Shown here in pieces: positions 16,601 through 26,635 of a DNA stretch of 64,000 nt. The notes below the pieces were generated by a model. The model worked only from the letters and a program-made list of their open reading frames with translations, searched no databases and was not told the origin of the DNA. Where the stretch lies: contig JAJZRI010000002.1 in the NCBI GenBank assembly GCA_021802765.1, forward strand, positions 91,348-155,347, read 5' to 3'. Positions within the stretch are counted from its first letter, which is position 1. Each line of letters starts with the position of its first letter. This DNA is from Candidatus Micrarchaeota archaeon. GTDB taxonomy: Archaea; Micrarchaeota; Micrarchaeia; Micrarchaeales; CABMGC01. Made by a program: the position numbers and the translations under genes.

Positions 16601-17872
16601 TTAGAATTCTGTTATCCTCTTCTGCATGCCTTCCGACTTTTCCTGCTTTACCTCATTGAATATGTCTATTATGCCAAATACTCCGTCATATCCAGGAATT
16701 ACGTGCGCCTTGTCCTCCCTTATTCTCCTTATTCCTTCTGCCAGCTTCTTGTCGACTTCCGCTATGCTATCGGGATCTGCCTTCATAAGTACATTAAATT
16801 CGGTCCCAAATCTCTGAATTATCCTTGAGTAGGTGCTCTTGACCTGCATTGAATATGTAGCCTTTCCAGTCACGTGCGCTATAACCTCCTGCAGGGGGAT
16901 TGCATGCACATAAGGAACTGCGCCATTGGGAATGAATCCTGCCTCCCTGTCTGCAAGGTCGTCGATTCTATGCATGACGCCTATCGTCAATTTCTTGCCG
17001 CACTTTGGGCACCTGTTGCCGAATTTCTTTGACTTATCAGGGGAAAGTGATACTGAGCAGTTCCTGTGCCCGTCGAAATGATACTTGCCCTCCTCAGGAT
17101 AGAATTCGATGGTCAATTTCATCTCCTTCTTCTTTATGCGTCCGGTAATATCGGTAAAGTCGGTCTTATCTTCAACGTCGAATATTATGGCTTCCCTTCC
17201 CATCTTTGGCAGTGAGTGCGCATCGCTTCCAGAGATCGGAGTATATCTATCAAGCTTTGATAGTCTCCAATTCATTGGCGGGTCGCTGCTCAGACCGGTC
17301 TCGTACGCATATATATGCATCGCCTGATCCTCATAGGCTTCCTCTATAGAGTTGAACCCTGAATGCTCACCCAAAGCCCCGAACCACGGAGTCCACAGGT
17401 GCGCAGGAAAGACGAACATCTCGGGATCTATCCCAATCAGGTCTTCGACAAGCTGTGCTGGACTTATCCTGTTTAGTAGCGGCCGTCCATCGCTTGATAG
17501 GTCTCCAAACCTGGACAGATGCTCGTTGGCCTGCTCCGCGGCCTCTATACTTGGCGCAAGTATGCAATGGTGTATTCTCCTTGATCTGCCAAGTCTGTCC
17601 TCAAATACTGTGCATACCTCTGTTCCGATAACAAACTGCGTACTTTTAGAAGATCCCTTTATCTTATAAATTCCGGTCCCATGCTCTTCCAATGTCTTTT
17701 TTATCTCTGACATATGTTTTGGGTGGGTGAAATCCCCAGTACTGACAAGGCCTATTCCCTTCTCCCTTGCAGACTCCGCAATATTGTCAATCGTCAGCTG
17801 CTCGCTGCAAGCCATTGCGTATTTCGAGTGCACATGAAGGTCCGCTATGCACTCCATAATATCATCGCGCAA
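16601..17872 (-). CDS. PHP-domain nuclease, endonuclease Q-like
   Basis: 423 aa. Contains the N-terminal PHP motif 'DLHVHSKYA', then 'GSDAHS', 'GKYHFDGH', the zinc ribbon 'CPKCGKKLTIGV' and a C-terminal 'PGYDGVFG'. The architecture matches archaeal EndoQ. Confidence 0.65.
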   Translation of the reverse strand: MRDDIMECIADLHVHSKYAMACSEQLTIDNIAESAREKGIGLVSTGDFTHPKHMSEIKKTLEEHGTGIYKIKGSSKSTQFVIGTEVCTVFEDRLGRSRRIHHCILAPSIEAAEQANEHLSRFGDLSSDGRPLLNRISPAQLVEDLIGIDPEMFVFPAHLWTPWFGALGEHSGFNSIEEAYEDQAMHIYAYETGLSSDPPMNWRLSKLDRYTPISGSDAHSLPKMGREAIIFDVEDKTDFTDITGRIKKKEMKLTIEFYPEEGKYHFDGHRNCSVSLSPDKSKKFGNRCPKCGKKLTIGVMHRIDDLADREAGFIPNGAVPYVHAIPLQEVIAHVTGKATYSMQVKSTYSRIIQRFGTEFNVLMKADPDSIAEVDKKLAEGIRRIREDKAHVIPGYDGVFGIIDIFNEVKQEKSEGMQKRITEF

Positions 17873-17878
17873 AAGATG

Positions 17879-18364
17879 CTAGAGCTTATATCCCAGGTCC
17901 CGCAGGAACTTCTTCCTCTTTGCCTTATCTTCCGTACCCTCCACACCCTTAGGAGAGCTGCCGTCTACCACCCCAAGTATCCCTCTCCCCTGCGTCGTAG
18001 CCCCGACGAGAACCTGCACTGGATTAGCGGTGGAGCAGAAGATGCTTATAACCTCTGGGACGCTTTGGACAGCATTGTTCACGTTTATTGGAAATGCATT
18101 CCTGAAGACTATTACGAAGCTGTGCCCTGCTGCTATGTCCGATGATATTTTTTCTGCCCTGCTGCGCAGCTCGGCGTCATTGCCCTCGCTCCTTATCAGG
18201 CATGGGCCGCTGGCCTCAGAGAATGCCAGTCCGAACTTTATCTCAGGCGATACGCCCATGAGCGCTTCGTATAGGTCCTCTGCAGTCTTTATGAAGCCCG
18301 CCTGACCTATCATAACCTGATTTCCGTCCCCAGGATCAGTACTGACTGCTTTTATATCAATCAT
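17879..18364 (-). CDS. adenosine-specific-kinase family protein (PF04008-like)
   Basis: 161 aa. 'VMIGQAGFIKTAEDLYEALMGVSPEIKFGLAFSEASGPCLIRSEGND' matches my memory of this small archaeal family. Confidence 0.5.
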   Translation of the reverse strand: MIDIKAVSTDPGDGNQVMIGQAGFIKTAEDLYEALMGVSPEIKFGLAFSEASGPCLIRSEGNDAELRSRAEKISSDIAAGHSFVIVFRNAFPINVNNAVQSVPEVISIFCSTANPVQVLVGATTQGRGILGVVDGSSPKGVEGTEDKAKRKKFLRDLGYKL

Positions 18365-18370
18365 AAATAA

Positions 18371-19690
18371 TCACGGCTTGAGTCTAACGCGATCCCTTGG
18401 GAACATGCAACATTCCCTTATGTTCTGCATCCCGGTCATCTTCATTGTGAGCCTTTCAAGCCCAAGGCTCCATCCGGCATGTGGAGGGGCCCCCCTCTTG
18501 AAGGCATTTATGTAGAAATCAAAGTCACTTGGATTCAGGCCACGTTCTGTTATCGACTTTACAAGCACTTCAGGAATGTGTATCCTCTGGGCGCCGCTAG
18601 ATACCTCGAGCCCCTTGAAGAGAAGGTCAAAGCTGTTGCAGACCTGTCCGTCCTTTTCGTTTGGCATACTATAAAACGCCCTTACGCTCCTAGGGTACTC
18701 CTTTACAAGAACAAGGTCTCCTAGGAGCCTGCAGAGTGCATCCTCCTGTTCCCTGTTGAAATCCTCTCCAAATTCCATCTTCTGACCGTTGGCGTTCAAA
18801 AGTGATATCGCCTTCTTGTAGGTTATCTCCTTGACTATCGGTTTGCTTAATGTTACGTTCAGACGCTTGAGGTCATCCCCGTTCTTCTTCGAGACGTCGT
18901 TTATTATATTCTTGACTGCTTTCTTTAGCAGTTTCATTGCGTCGTTGTGGTCTGCAAACCCCAGTTCGGCGTCCATCTGCGTTATCTCGTTGAGATGAAA
19001 CACCGTATTGTGCTTTTCCGCCCTGAAGACTGGAACGACCATGAAGACCCGATCCATACCTCCGATCACAGCGAGCTGCTTGTAGAGCTGCGGCGATTGT
19101 GCAAGAAATGCCTTCTTCTCGAAGTATTCCACTTGGAAGAGGTCTGCGCCGCCTTCTGTGGCAGCTTCCACCAAAGCAGGAGTCCTTATCTCCGTAAGCC
19201 CCTCCTTTAGCATAGTGTTCCTAAAAGAGTTGAGAATTGTTGACTGTATGTTGAATATTGAAGTTGTCTCAAGTCTCCTAAGGTCAATATATCTGTTATC
19301 AAGCCGTACGTCTATGTCTGCTGGAACTTTTCCAGTTACCTCGAAAGGTATGCCCGCCTCTAGTGGATTAAGATTCTTTATCTCTGAGGGCACTATCTCA
19401 AATCCTAGCCTGCTCTCTGTGCTCTTTCTTACCTTCCCCCTGATCATAACAACGCTCTCCTTGGGCAGGTTCATTGAGGATATCACTTCTGTTGGTGTTA
19501 TCCCCTCCTTTCCTATCACCTGCACTATGCCGCTGTGGTCCCTTAGGAGTATGAAGACTATCTTGCCTATATTCCTGACCTCATGGACCCATCCTCCGAG
19601 AGTGACCTCGGCACCGTCCATCTCTGGACTTAGCTGTGCAATGTAATGGGTCCTATATGCGCTTGACAAAACAACACCGGATATTATCAC
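18371..19690 (-). CDS. aspS: aspartyl-tRNA synthetase, archaeal/eukaryal type
   Basis: 439 aa, class IIb. Motifs: 'FRAEKHNTVFHLNEITQMDAE' and 'GAPPHAGWSLGLERL'. There is no GAD insertion. Confidence 0.85.
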   Translation of the reverse strand: MIISGVVLSSAYRTHYIAQLSPEMDGAEVTLGGWVHEVRNIGKIVFILLRDHSGIVQVIGKEGITPTEVISSMNLPKESVVMIRGKVRKSTESRLGFEIVPSEIKNLNPLEAGIPFEVTGKVPADIDVRLDNRYIDLRRLETTSIFNIQSTILNSFRNTMLKEGLTEIRTPALVEAATEGGADLFQVEYFEKKAFLAQSPQLYKQLAVIGGMDRVFMVVPVFRAEKHNTVFHLNEITQMDAELGFADHNDAMKLLKKAVKNIINDVSKKNGDDLKRLNVTLSKPIVKEITYKKAISLLNANGQKMEFGEDFNREQEDALCRLLGDLVLVKEYPRSVRAFYSMPNEKDGQVCNSFDLLFKGLEVSSGAQRIHIPEVLVKSITERGLNPSDFDFYINAFKRGAPPHAGWSLGLERLTMKMTGMQNIRECCMFPRDRVRLKP

Positions 19691-19730
19691 GCTGCATAAA
19701 ATTTTAAACCTTGGCAGCCATTATATATCG

Positions 19731-20102
19731 TTGAGCATGGTGGCCGTAAAGGATTTCATGCAAAAGCAGTTCGTTGGAGTTTCAAGAACAACTAAGGCTG
19801 GCTCTGCGCTTAAGCTAGCGGAAGCCGCAAAAGTCGATCTCATGCCGGTAGTGGAGGATGAGAGGCTCTGCGGCATAATCACTTCGGCAAACCTTGAGAA
19901 AAAACTGGTCGAGGAAACCGAAGTCGGCAAGATCATGGACAGACCTATTTTCATAGAGGCAGATGCAAGACTCGAGGATGCCGCTGAAGTCATGATAGAA
20001 TATGGTGTGGGAAGAGTGCCAGTGGTTGAAAACAAGTACTCAATGATATGCATAGGAGTGGTTACTTCTACGGATATAGTAAACGCATATAAAAAGAGTT
20101 GA
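19731..20102 (+). CDS. CBS-domain pair protein
   Basis: 123 aa with two CBS-like units ('LMPVVEDERLCGIITSANL' and 'RVPVVENKYSMICIGVVTSTDIV'). The antisense ORF 19721..20134 is rejected. Confidence 0.75.
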   Translation: MSMVAVKDFMQKQFVGVSRTTKAGSALKLAEAAKVDLMPVVEDERLCGIITSANLEKKLVEETEVGKIMDRPIFIEADARLEDAAEVMIEYGVGRVPVVENKYSMICIGVVTSTDIVNAYKKS

Positions 20103-20138
20103 CTCCGGGAATCTCTCCCAGAGTCAGAAAGCAATAGA

Positions 20139-20447
20139 TTACTTTGCCAGGGTTATCTCTATCGAGCTGACCTTGGACTTTGTGCCGTCCTCGTTTGCTA
20201 TCTCCTCAGAGCCGATATTTATCTCGTCGACTTTTGCATCTGTGACAAATCTGTGCCGTGATATCTCAGCCACATCAACAGCTCTTGATATGGAATTTCC
20301 TCTCGCCCTGATCTTTACGCGATTTACACCGTTGTTGAATTGCGTTACCACTGCAAGCACATAGTTCATGGGCGGCTTCTTTCCGACCAGCACTATGTTT
20401 CCAGGCATGCCCTCAGCTTGTACTTCGTCTTCGTATTGTTCTGCCAT
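20139..20447 (-). CDS. albA: Alba DNA/RNA-binding protein
   Basis: 102 aa. '[46 protein letters not shown]' is a canonical Alba core. Confidence 0.85.
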   Translation of the reverse strand: MAEQYEDEVQAEGMPGNIVLVGKKPPMNYVLAVVTQFNNGVNRVKIRARGNSISRAVDVAEISRHRFVTDAKVDEINIGSEEIANEDGTKSKVSSIEITLAK

Positions 20448-20712
20448 TTTAATCCCTTGTATTGTTTAAGTGTAAACTGACTTAAGCTAAATCAACTGAA
20501 TTTAATTGATGGCTTCTTTATTTAAAGCTTCTGAATTTGAAATAAAACTTCCAGATAACTAATCAATTTTGACCGCTTCCTTATCGGCCATAAAAATCTG
20601 GCATTCAGGAAATAGCTATGCAGGACATGACAAAGGAACAACGTTTTATGTTGAATTTAGTAAAATAATAGAGCTTAAATAGCAGAAAATTATAGGTTAT
20701 TATATATGTCAG

Positions 20713-21408
20713 GTGCAGGGCGTGAGGACTAGAATACCCATCAGGGTCGAAGATGGCATGGGCGCAATGAATATAGCCAATTTGCTGCGCGCAAACGAAA
20801 AACTTGCAGTAGTATATGAGAAGGATGCCATAGCCTTTGGCGGCGTTGCCGTGTGGCTAATGACTGGCACCCCTAGAGCGCCGTCTACAGGACCCTACGA
20901 GAGGCGAACCGACATGGACTTCTTTGTGCCGGCAATGACAAAGGAGTATGCACTAAGGATGAAGGAGCAGGATCTTAATATCTCGAACAGCCTAGACAGG
21001 CATTGCTATGTCTACTACAAGGCCTCTGCCTCAGAGAAGGTACCAATAGACCTGGTATCATTTGATGTAAGCTTCTTTGACATACCTTATCGCGTGATAG
21101 AGAGCAATACATTGAGGCTGCATCTGGAAGCAGATGGCAAATTAAATGAAGGATCTGGACAGGCAGGCGAACTCACAGTAGTCAATGCTCCAGTTCTGGT
21201 TATATTGAAGACCCGATCTCTTGGCAGAAATAGACCTAGCGATGCAGAAGACCTTGGGAGGCTTCTTGATTTTCATTGGGGAGGATCGGCACAAAGATTC
21301 ATCGATGAGAATAAAGAGATAATAAGTATGGCATCGAATGGCAATGCAAGCGATGTGAGTTCATTGAAGTATTCACTAAATAATTTTAGCAAGGAACGCA
21401 GAAAGTAG
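20713..21408 (+). CDS. hypothetical protein, possible minimal nucleotidyltransferase fold
   Basis: 231 aa. 'FGGVAVWLM...RRTDMDFFVP' resembles the G[GS]...DxD signature of minimal nucleotidyltransferases. The resemblance is weak. Confidence 0.3.
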   Translation: MQGVRTRIPIRVEDGMGAMNIANLLRANEKLAVVYEKDAIAFGGVAVWLMTGTPRAPSTGPYERRTDMDFFVPAMTKEYALRMKEQDLNISNSLDRHCYVYYKASASEKVPIDLVSFDVSFFDIPYRVIESNTLRLHLEADGKLNEGSGQAGELTVVNAPVLVILKTRSLGRNRPSDAEDLGRLLDFHWGGSAQRFIDENKEIISMASNGNASDVSSLKYSLNNFSKERRK

Positions 21409-21522
21409 TGCTTAATTGCTTATCTAAAATAAAATAAGCGCATAGCGTGAAGGGTGAATGGAGAAGGGAAAGTTTTGCCTTCCATGCTCCAAGTCCCTTA
21501 TGGCGTATGCGCCCAGAATAGG

Positions 21523-22032
21523 CTATTTCACAGATATCTTAACGAACCTGCTTACCACAAGATTGTATAGCAGCACGAAGATAAGTCCAAAGATAAAGCC
21601 CCCTATGAATCCTGTTATAAGCCCTACAACTATTCCTATTATGTTCAAGCTGATAAGTGAGAGTATAGCGCTTATTACTCCGCTCATCACTCCGAATACC
21701 ACTCCGGCGCTTACGTAGTCAAGACTCGTTAGTGGATTCCCATTTCCAGACAGCATTACCCACCTAGAGAATACATAATTGTAAAGTAGGGCGAATATTA
21801 TGCCGTCTATGAAGCCACCTATAAGGGCCACTATTATAATCACTATTGCAAAGACCAGCCCAGCTCCAGGAAGAATCGATGAAAAGCTCGCTGGAAGCAG
21901 TGATTGAAGCAGGCTTCCAAAAATCGAGCCGAGCGCAATGGCAAGTAAACCAATTACCAGCCCGATTATCCCATATGCCAAACCGTAAGCAAGACCTGTG
22001 CTTACGAAGTCCAAGCTCTTTATCTGCGCCAT
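21523..22032 (-). CDS. membrane protein with an internal duplication
   Basis: 169 aa in two similar halves: 'LDFVSTGLAYGLAYG...LLYNYVFSRWV' and 'LDYVSAGVVFGVMSG...LLYNLVVSRFV'. Confidence 0.5.
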   Translation of the reverse strand: MAQIKSLDFVSTGLAYGLAYGIIGLVIGLLAIALGSIFGSLLQSLLPASFSSILPGAGLVFAIVIIIVALIGGFIDGIIFALLYNYVFSRWVMLSGNGNPLTSLDYVSAGVVFGVMSGVISAILSLISLNIIGIVVGLITGFIGGFIFGLIFVLLYNLVVSRFVKISVK

Positions 22033-22313
22033 TTAATACCCAACAAATTTAAGCGTGGGATAAGTATATAAACACCCAATAATGCCAGGCTTGGTACGAC
22101 TTTGAGAGTATAGCAACGGATTTAATGCCCCTAAAAGCCCCTAGAAAAACATGCTTATTCTGTCCATTTTATGATGTGATAGCCGAACTGAAAGCTTGGC
22201 TAAAATCTAAGCTCGTGTAGTCTCTTAGTAAGCTCCTCAAAAACCAAATGTTTCTTTTCAGGATTTAAGTGAAAGGATTTTTAAATTGCCACAGCCATAG
22301 ATTAGAGGATAAG

Positions 22314-22697
22314 ATGAATGCGAAGGAACGGCTTATACTTCTAGGCGTAATCGCCTTGGTAACCGTTATAATGTTTGCTTTGAATCTTGTAGGGCCTGGC
22401 ATCATATTATTGCTCTTCTTCCTCGCTCTGTCCGGGATAATCGTTGTCTGGTATATATTCCTGATCCTGCTCGTTGCGCTTGGTATACTATTCTTAGTCG
22501 CGGCATATACAATTCCCGGAGTAGTTGCTGCTTGGCCCGCCGTGCCGACATTGGCTGCAATAATAACCATATATGAGATGTATAGAATTGGCAAAAACCC
22601 ATCAGGAATCTTTCTTTCTAAGAAAGATAGCGCGAGGGAAGAGCGCGCACGCAAGTACGCAGAAGGCGTGCTCAAAGAAGCGAATAAGCAGCGATAG
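22314..22697 (+). CDS. membrane protein (3 TM) with a charged C-terminal tail
   Basis: ATG at 22314 ('MNAKERLILLGVIAL...'). The hydrophobic segments and Lys/Glu-rich tail look more protein-like than the antisense ORF 22265..22729. Confidence 0.45.
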   Translation: MNAKERLILLGVIALVTVIMFALNLVGPGIILLLFFLALSGIIVVWYIFLILLVALGILFLVAAYTIPGVVAAWPAVPTLAAIITIYEMYRIGKNPSGIFLSKKDSAREERARKYAEGVLKEANKQR

Positions 22698-22767
22698 TTA
22701 GGTGTATTTGGACATAAAACCATCTGCATCCACGCCGGAAAAGAAGGCTTTGATCACCATTTGGAGT

Positions 22768-22968
22768 TCAGCCGTACATCTTTTTCCTTATCCAGAAACC
22801 GTATACTACATAGCCCGCTATGAAAATTATAAACACAACTACAAAGGTTCCCCCGCTTATTACCTTGGCTGTGACGCCTAAAAGATCAAACACAATAAGG
22901 AGGAGCCATATGAAATAAAAATAGTTTATGAATACTTTCTTTATGTCTACCATGGAGTTGCGCACCAA
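22768..22968 (-). CDS. small 2-TM protein
   Basis: 66 aa with two hydrophobic helices. Confidence 0.3.
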   Translation of the reverse strand: MVRNSMVDIKKVFINYFYFIWLLLIVFDLLGVTAKVISGGTFVVVFIIFIAGYVVYGFWIRKKMYG

Positions 22969-23035
22969 TCCCGTACTAATACTTAGTACATGAACTCTTA
23001 TATTTTTAAACGTTACTGAAGATGTTTATATGTAG

Positions 23036-23875
23036 GGGGGGTTGACATCTACATACAACCACCATCGTCAACGCTCATGACACATCACATCAAATAAGTC
23101 ATGAGGTATGCAATCAGGCACGAATAGATGCGAATTGACACCTTTTTCATACCCATGAACCTGTTCTTTGAAAGACCAAATACTTCTTTCAGTCTTGGAA
23201 AAAATCCTCTCTATTGCGCATCTTTTCACATATTCAGGATCCTTCGGAGTTTCTGGCTTTCTATGTCCTCTTCCATTTATTGCAATAACATCTTTTATTC
23301 TGTGATAATGCAGATATTCGTGTATGTCGGTAGAGTCATACGCAGAGTCTCCTAGATATTTTGTACCAAACGCAAGTCGGAATTTCCTATTCACCTGCCC
23401 TATCAATTCACCGAAGAAAATCTTATCGTTCCTGTTTCCAGGTGCAATATAGAACCCTATCGTAACCTCATTTTCTGCATCTGCAATTGCATGAAGTTTA
23501 TATCCGAAGAACATGTCATTCACATTTCCATCTGCATCTTCTTGTTCCCTCTTCGATGGGATTCTATGCCCAGTTCTCGCATACTTGTCCATGCGCGAAA
23601 ATGCGGGCACGTCAGTACTGCCCTGTGCTATTAGCCGTATTTGCCTTCCGTTAAGTCTATCCTGTAGGATCCAGTTGTTCAGTTCTTCGAATATTTCTGG
23701 TTCTGCACGTTTTCTGACCTTAGAGAAGATGGAATAATCGGGCCTTTTCCTGTAACCAATTATTCTTCCAATCTTCGTACCGACGATATCCACGAGTTCT
23801 ACATCGGTCAATCGAAAAGAGAACCATGCATTTAAGGTAATATTGATTAGAAAGATTTAAGATTTGTCAAGTCCC
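23036..23875 (-). mobile_element. small IS5-family-like insertion sequence (about 840 bp)
   Basis: The imperfect terminal inverted repeats are GGGGGGGTTGACA (23036-) and TGTCAAGTCCC (-23875). TAG occurs immediately outside both ends (23033-23035 and 23876-23878). A single DDE transposase ORF fills the element. Confidence 0.6.
23068..23811 (-). CDS. DDE transposase, IS4/IS5 superfamily
   Basis: 247 aa. Motifs: 'FGYKLHAIADAENEV', 'YLGDSAYDSTDIHEYL' and 'RCAIERIFSK', typical of DDE_Tnp_1 transposases. Confidence 0.75.
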   Translation of the reverse strand: MTDVELVDIVGTKIGRIIGYRKRPDYSIFSKVRKRAEPEIFEELNNWILQDRLNGRQIRLIAQGSTDVPAFSRMDKYARTGHRIPSKREQEDADGNVNDMFFGYKLHAIADAENEVTIGFYIAPGNRNDKIFFGELIGQVNRKFRLAFGTKYLGDSAYDSTDIHEYLHYHRIKDVIAINGRGHRKPETPKDPEYVKRCAIERIFSKTERSIWSFKEQVHGYEKGVNSHLFVPDCIPHDLFDVMCHER

Positions 23876-23896
23876 TAGTTTATATGGGCAGGACCC

Positions 23897-24175
23897 ATGG
23901 CAAAAGTCATAAGCGAGGAAAAGGCAAAGGAGATAGCCCTGGAGTGGGCTAGCTCAGCTATCGAAGCCATTAATGCGGAAAAAAATGCAGGCTGCAAGGA
24001 TCCAAAGGTTTCATCGAAAGCAGTATATGACGAAGATCTGCTAATTTATGATGTCGTGGTGGAATTCTGGTGCAGATCAATCATATTCAGCAGCAAATAC
24101 ATGTACCGGCTTAGCATAGGTGCGAACGGCGAAGTGAAAGACTCAAAATACATAAACGAAGGCGTAGACGTCTAA
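23897..24175 (+). CDS. hypothetical protein
   Basis: 92-aa ORF next to the IS. No motif recognised. Confidence 0.3.
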   Translation: MAKVISEEKAKEIALEWASSAIEAINAEKNAGCKDPKVSSKAVYDEDLLIYDVVVEFWCRSIIFSSKYMYRLSIGANGEVKDSKYINEGVDV

Positions 24176-24267
24176 CCTCAGCAGGCCGGTAGGCCCAGGG
24201 TCACGCACACAAGAATTTTAAGCCTTCTGATAGTAATAAACGTGTCCTAAAGGACTAGTGGATCAAT

Positions 24268-24960
24268 ATGGGTGGGTTAGAAAACGTAAAGAAGTGGATG
24301 GAGCCAAATGAGAAAATTCTTTTTTTCTCGGCTGCAGCTGTTGAGGGACATGTGAACAAGTTCGGTGAAAACCCTTTTCCGAATCCAAACGGGCAGGGAG
24401 GTGCAGTTTTTGGAGATGTTGCTATAACTGATCTCCGCATATTTGGAACATCAACGATCCTGTTCAGTGGCGGAAGAATGGCGTTTGAGTGGATAACAGA
24501 TCCTGATTATGCCAAATCCAGGGTCAAGGGCGGCTTGCAGTACGAAGGCAGGGCGCTTCCAAATGGAAAATCGCCAAAAGATCTCGGTGCAATCAAAAGT
24601 CCATTTTCCGAAACTAACATGGCTGCCACCATCCATGTGGCGAGCGACGCGGAGCTCATAACTAGGAAATCTCTTCTATCAACAGCATATACTATAGGTA
24701 TCAAGGTGAGCAGACTGCATACCGGCCTTGCCGAAACGAAGGCAAAACACCAACTATTGTCAAAACTTGGAGCTTTGGACAAACGCTTCTATGAATTGCA
24801 CGAACTGAAATTCAATAAGCCTGTTATGAAAGAAACAGGATCGGCTGAGGAGAAGGTAGAGGATCACTACAATGTGGTGCTGGCCGTTATACAGAAGCAA
24901 CTTAGGTCAATGACTACTGAAAAGATAAACAACCTATACGACCTTGCAGAATCGGAGTAG
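24268..24960 (+). CDS. hypothetical protein
   Basis: 230-aa ORF. No motif recognised. Confidence 0.35.
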   Translation: MGGLENVKKWMEPNEKILFFSAAAVEGHVNKFGENPFPNPNGQGGAVFGDVAITDLRIFGTSTILFSGGRMAFEWITDPDYAKSRVKGGLQYEGRALPNGKSPKDLGAIKSPFSETNMAATIHVASDAELITRKSLLSTAYTIGIKVSRLHTGLAETKAKHQLLSKLGALDKRFYELHELKFNKPVMKETGSAEEKVEDHYNVVLAVIQKQLRSMTTEKINNLYDLAESE

Positions 24961-25601
24961 TGAGTTTAAGCCTGATCCGATTAAAACCTGTGACCTCCAG
25001 CGCGCAGCGAGCAGATACATAAAAGACTGGTTGTCGAATATAAAGATAGGCATGTCTCTTGAAATAGCGACAACGCTTGGAGACATTTGGGGGTCTCTTA
25101 TTGCGGCGTACATCTACTCGATAGACCTTTTCCAAGTCATTTTCATTATATTCGGGATAGTTCTATGCATCAATCGTTCCTACCTTCATAGAATACAAGA
25201 AAACGAGGAGAAACAGGATAAATGTAGATTGGACCGCTAAGGCGTTCCAACTCGAAGGTAGATATTATGATAAGGCAAGAAGAAGGGCAATAAGGTATTC
25301 TGGCTTCAGGTGGTGGTTTGGAGAGGCAGTGATGGGTGTGGCTGGAATAGCCTCTGGACCGCTTGAAATAAGCTCTGGCGTACTCAAAGTCCCCATATTC
25401 TTTAGTGATGCAAGGCTCTATGCCCTTCAAAGTGAAGAACAAGTCGTCTGTTATTGACTACCTAGTCTTATAGTAGAGATACATGCTTTCATCTTGTGTT
25501 GCCATAGAAGCCACTCGTTAAAGATTTTGGTTGTACTAAAAAGTATATTGCCCAATGCACAGAAAGATATTTTGTCGATAGCGCGGTTTAATAAACCCAA
25601 A

Positions 25602-25874
25602 TCAAAGACGTTTTATGATATGATAGCCGAACTGAGTCTTGACAAGACCAGAGACCTGTCCTTTCTCAAGTGCAAAGGCCGCTTCTTCAAATGGCTTAAC
25701 CATCATTCCCTTGCCGAAAAAACCAAGGTCGCCGCCTCTTCGCCTGGATCCGTCTGTAGAATACTGCTCCGCAAGCTTTGCAAATGACTCTCCCTTCTTT
25801 ATCCGCTCAAGAATCTCTTTGGCTAGAGACTCCTTCTCTACCAATATGTGCGCGCATCTTATCTGATTTGCCAT
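25602..25874 (-). CDS. parvulin-type peptidyl-prolyl cis-trans isomerase
   Basis: 'IRCAHILV...[39 protein letters not shown]...[13 protein letters not shown]'. The start is taken at the internal Met (MANQ) to avoid overlap with the ABC permease. The ORF extends to 25904. Confidence 0.8.
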   Translation of the reverse strand: MANQIRCAHILVEKESLAKEILERIKKGESFAKLAEQYSTDGSRRRGGDLGFFGKGMMVKPFEEAAFALEKGQVSGLVKTQFGYHIIKRL

Positions 25875-25888
25875 AAAACCACTCAGCG

Positions 25889-26635
25889 TCAGTCCTCCCT
25901 CCATTTTGATCTTTTTACTGCGAGGGTAAGGATTATTATTGTGACTATTATGATCACTACCCAGTCAATCTCTATGGTTGTAGGGCTAAAAGAGGTAAGT
26001 CCGGTGACGTTCTGCACTATCTGCGCGGCATAGGTTGCAGGGGAGAGGTAAGCTATTATCTGGAAAGGCTTTGGTATGTATGTAATTGGATAGTAGACTG
26101 GCGGAAGCGCAGAGAGCACAGTTGAGACTATCCCGGAAAATGCCCAGCCCTGCACAACGTCTGACGATAGGGTGGAGAGAAGAAAGCCCAAAGAGCATGC
26201 AAACGTGAACATAACAAGCATCACTCCCATTATGGAAAGATATCCGAATGCGCTGGTGTGCACGTACAGGGCTGCAAGCACCGTGAGCACCACGAGCGCT
26301 GGAAGTGCATAGACCAGTTCGGATATTGACATGCCCAGTAGGTATATCCATGCAGTCACCGGAGAGCTCACGACCATGTCCTGCACCTTGAAATCGTTCT
26401 TGAGGTGAGAAAGGTCCTGCTGCAGCGAAGTGCCGGAGGATATCATTGTCATTATCAGCGCCCCGCCGATTGCTATCGGAGTGAGGGCGCCCCTGCTTAT
26501 GAAGGTTATAACAAGAAGCAGCGAGAATGGAGCCAGTATGGTACTTACTAGCACTATCGGATAATTGATCATCGCATATATTGCATTGACCATTATCGAT
26601 GCCTTTAACTGGCTAATAATACTCCTGCTGGTCAT
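25889..26635 (-). CDS. ABC-2 type transporter permease
   Basis: 248 aa, about 6 TM, immediately downstream of and overlapping an ABC ATPase gene. Confidence 0.65.
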   Translation of the reverse strand: MTSRSIISQLKASIMVNAIYAMINYPIVLVSTILAPFSLLLVITFISRGALTPIAIGGALIMTMISSGTSLQQDLSHLKNDFKVQDMVVSSPVTAWIYLLGMSISELVYALPALVVLTVLAALYVHTSAFGYLSIMGVMLVMFTFACSLGFLLSTLSSDVVQGWAFSGIVSTVLSALPPVYYPITYIPKPFQIIAYLSPATYAAQIVQNVTGLTSFSPTTIEIDWVVIIIVTIIILTLAVKRSKWRED

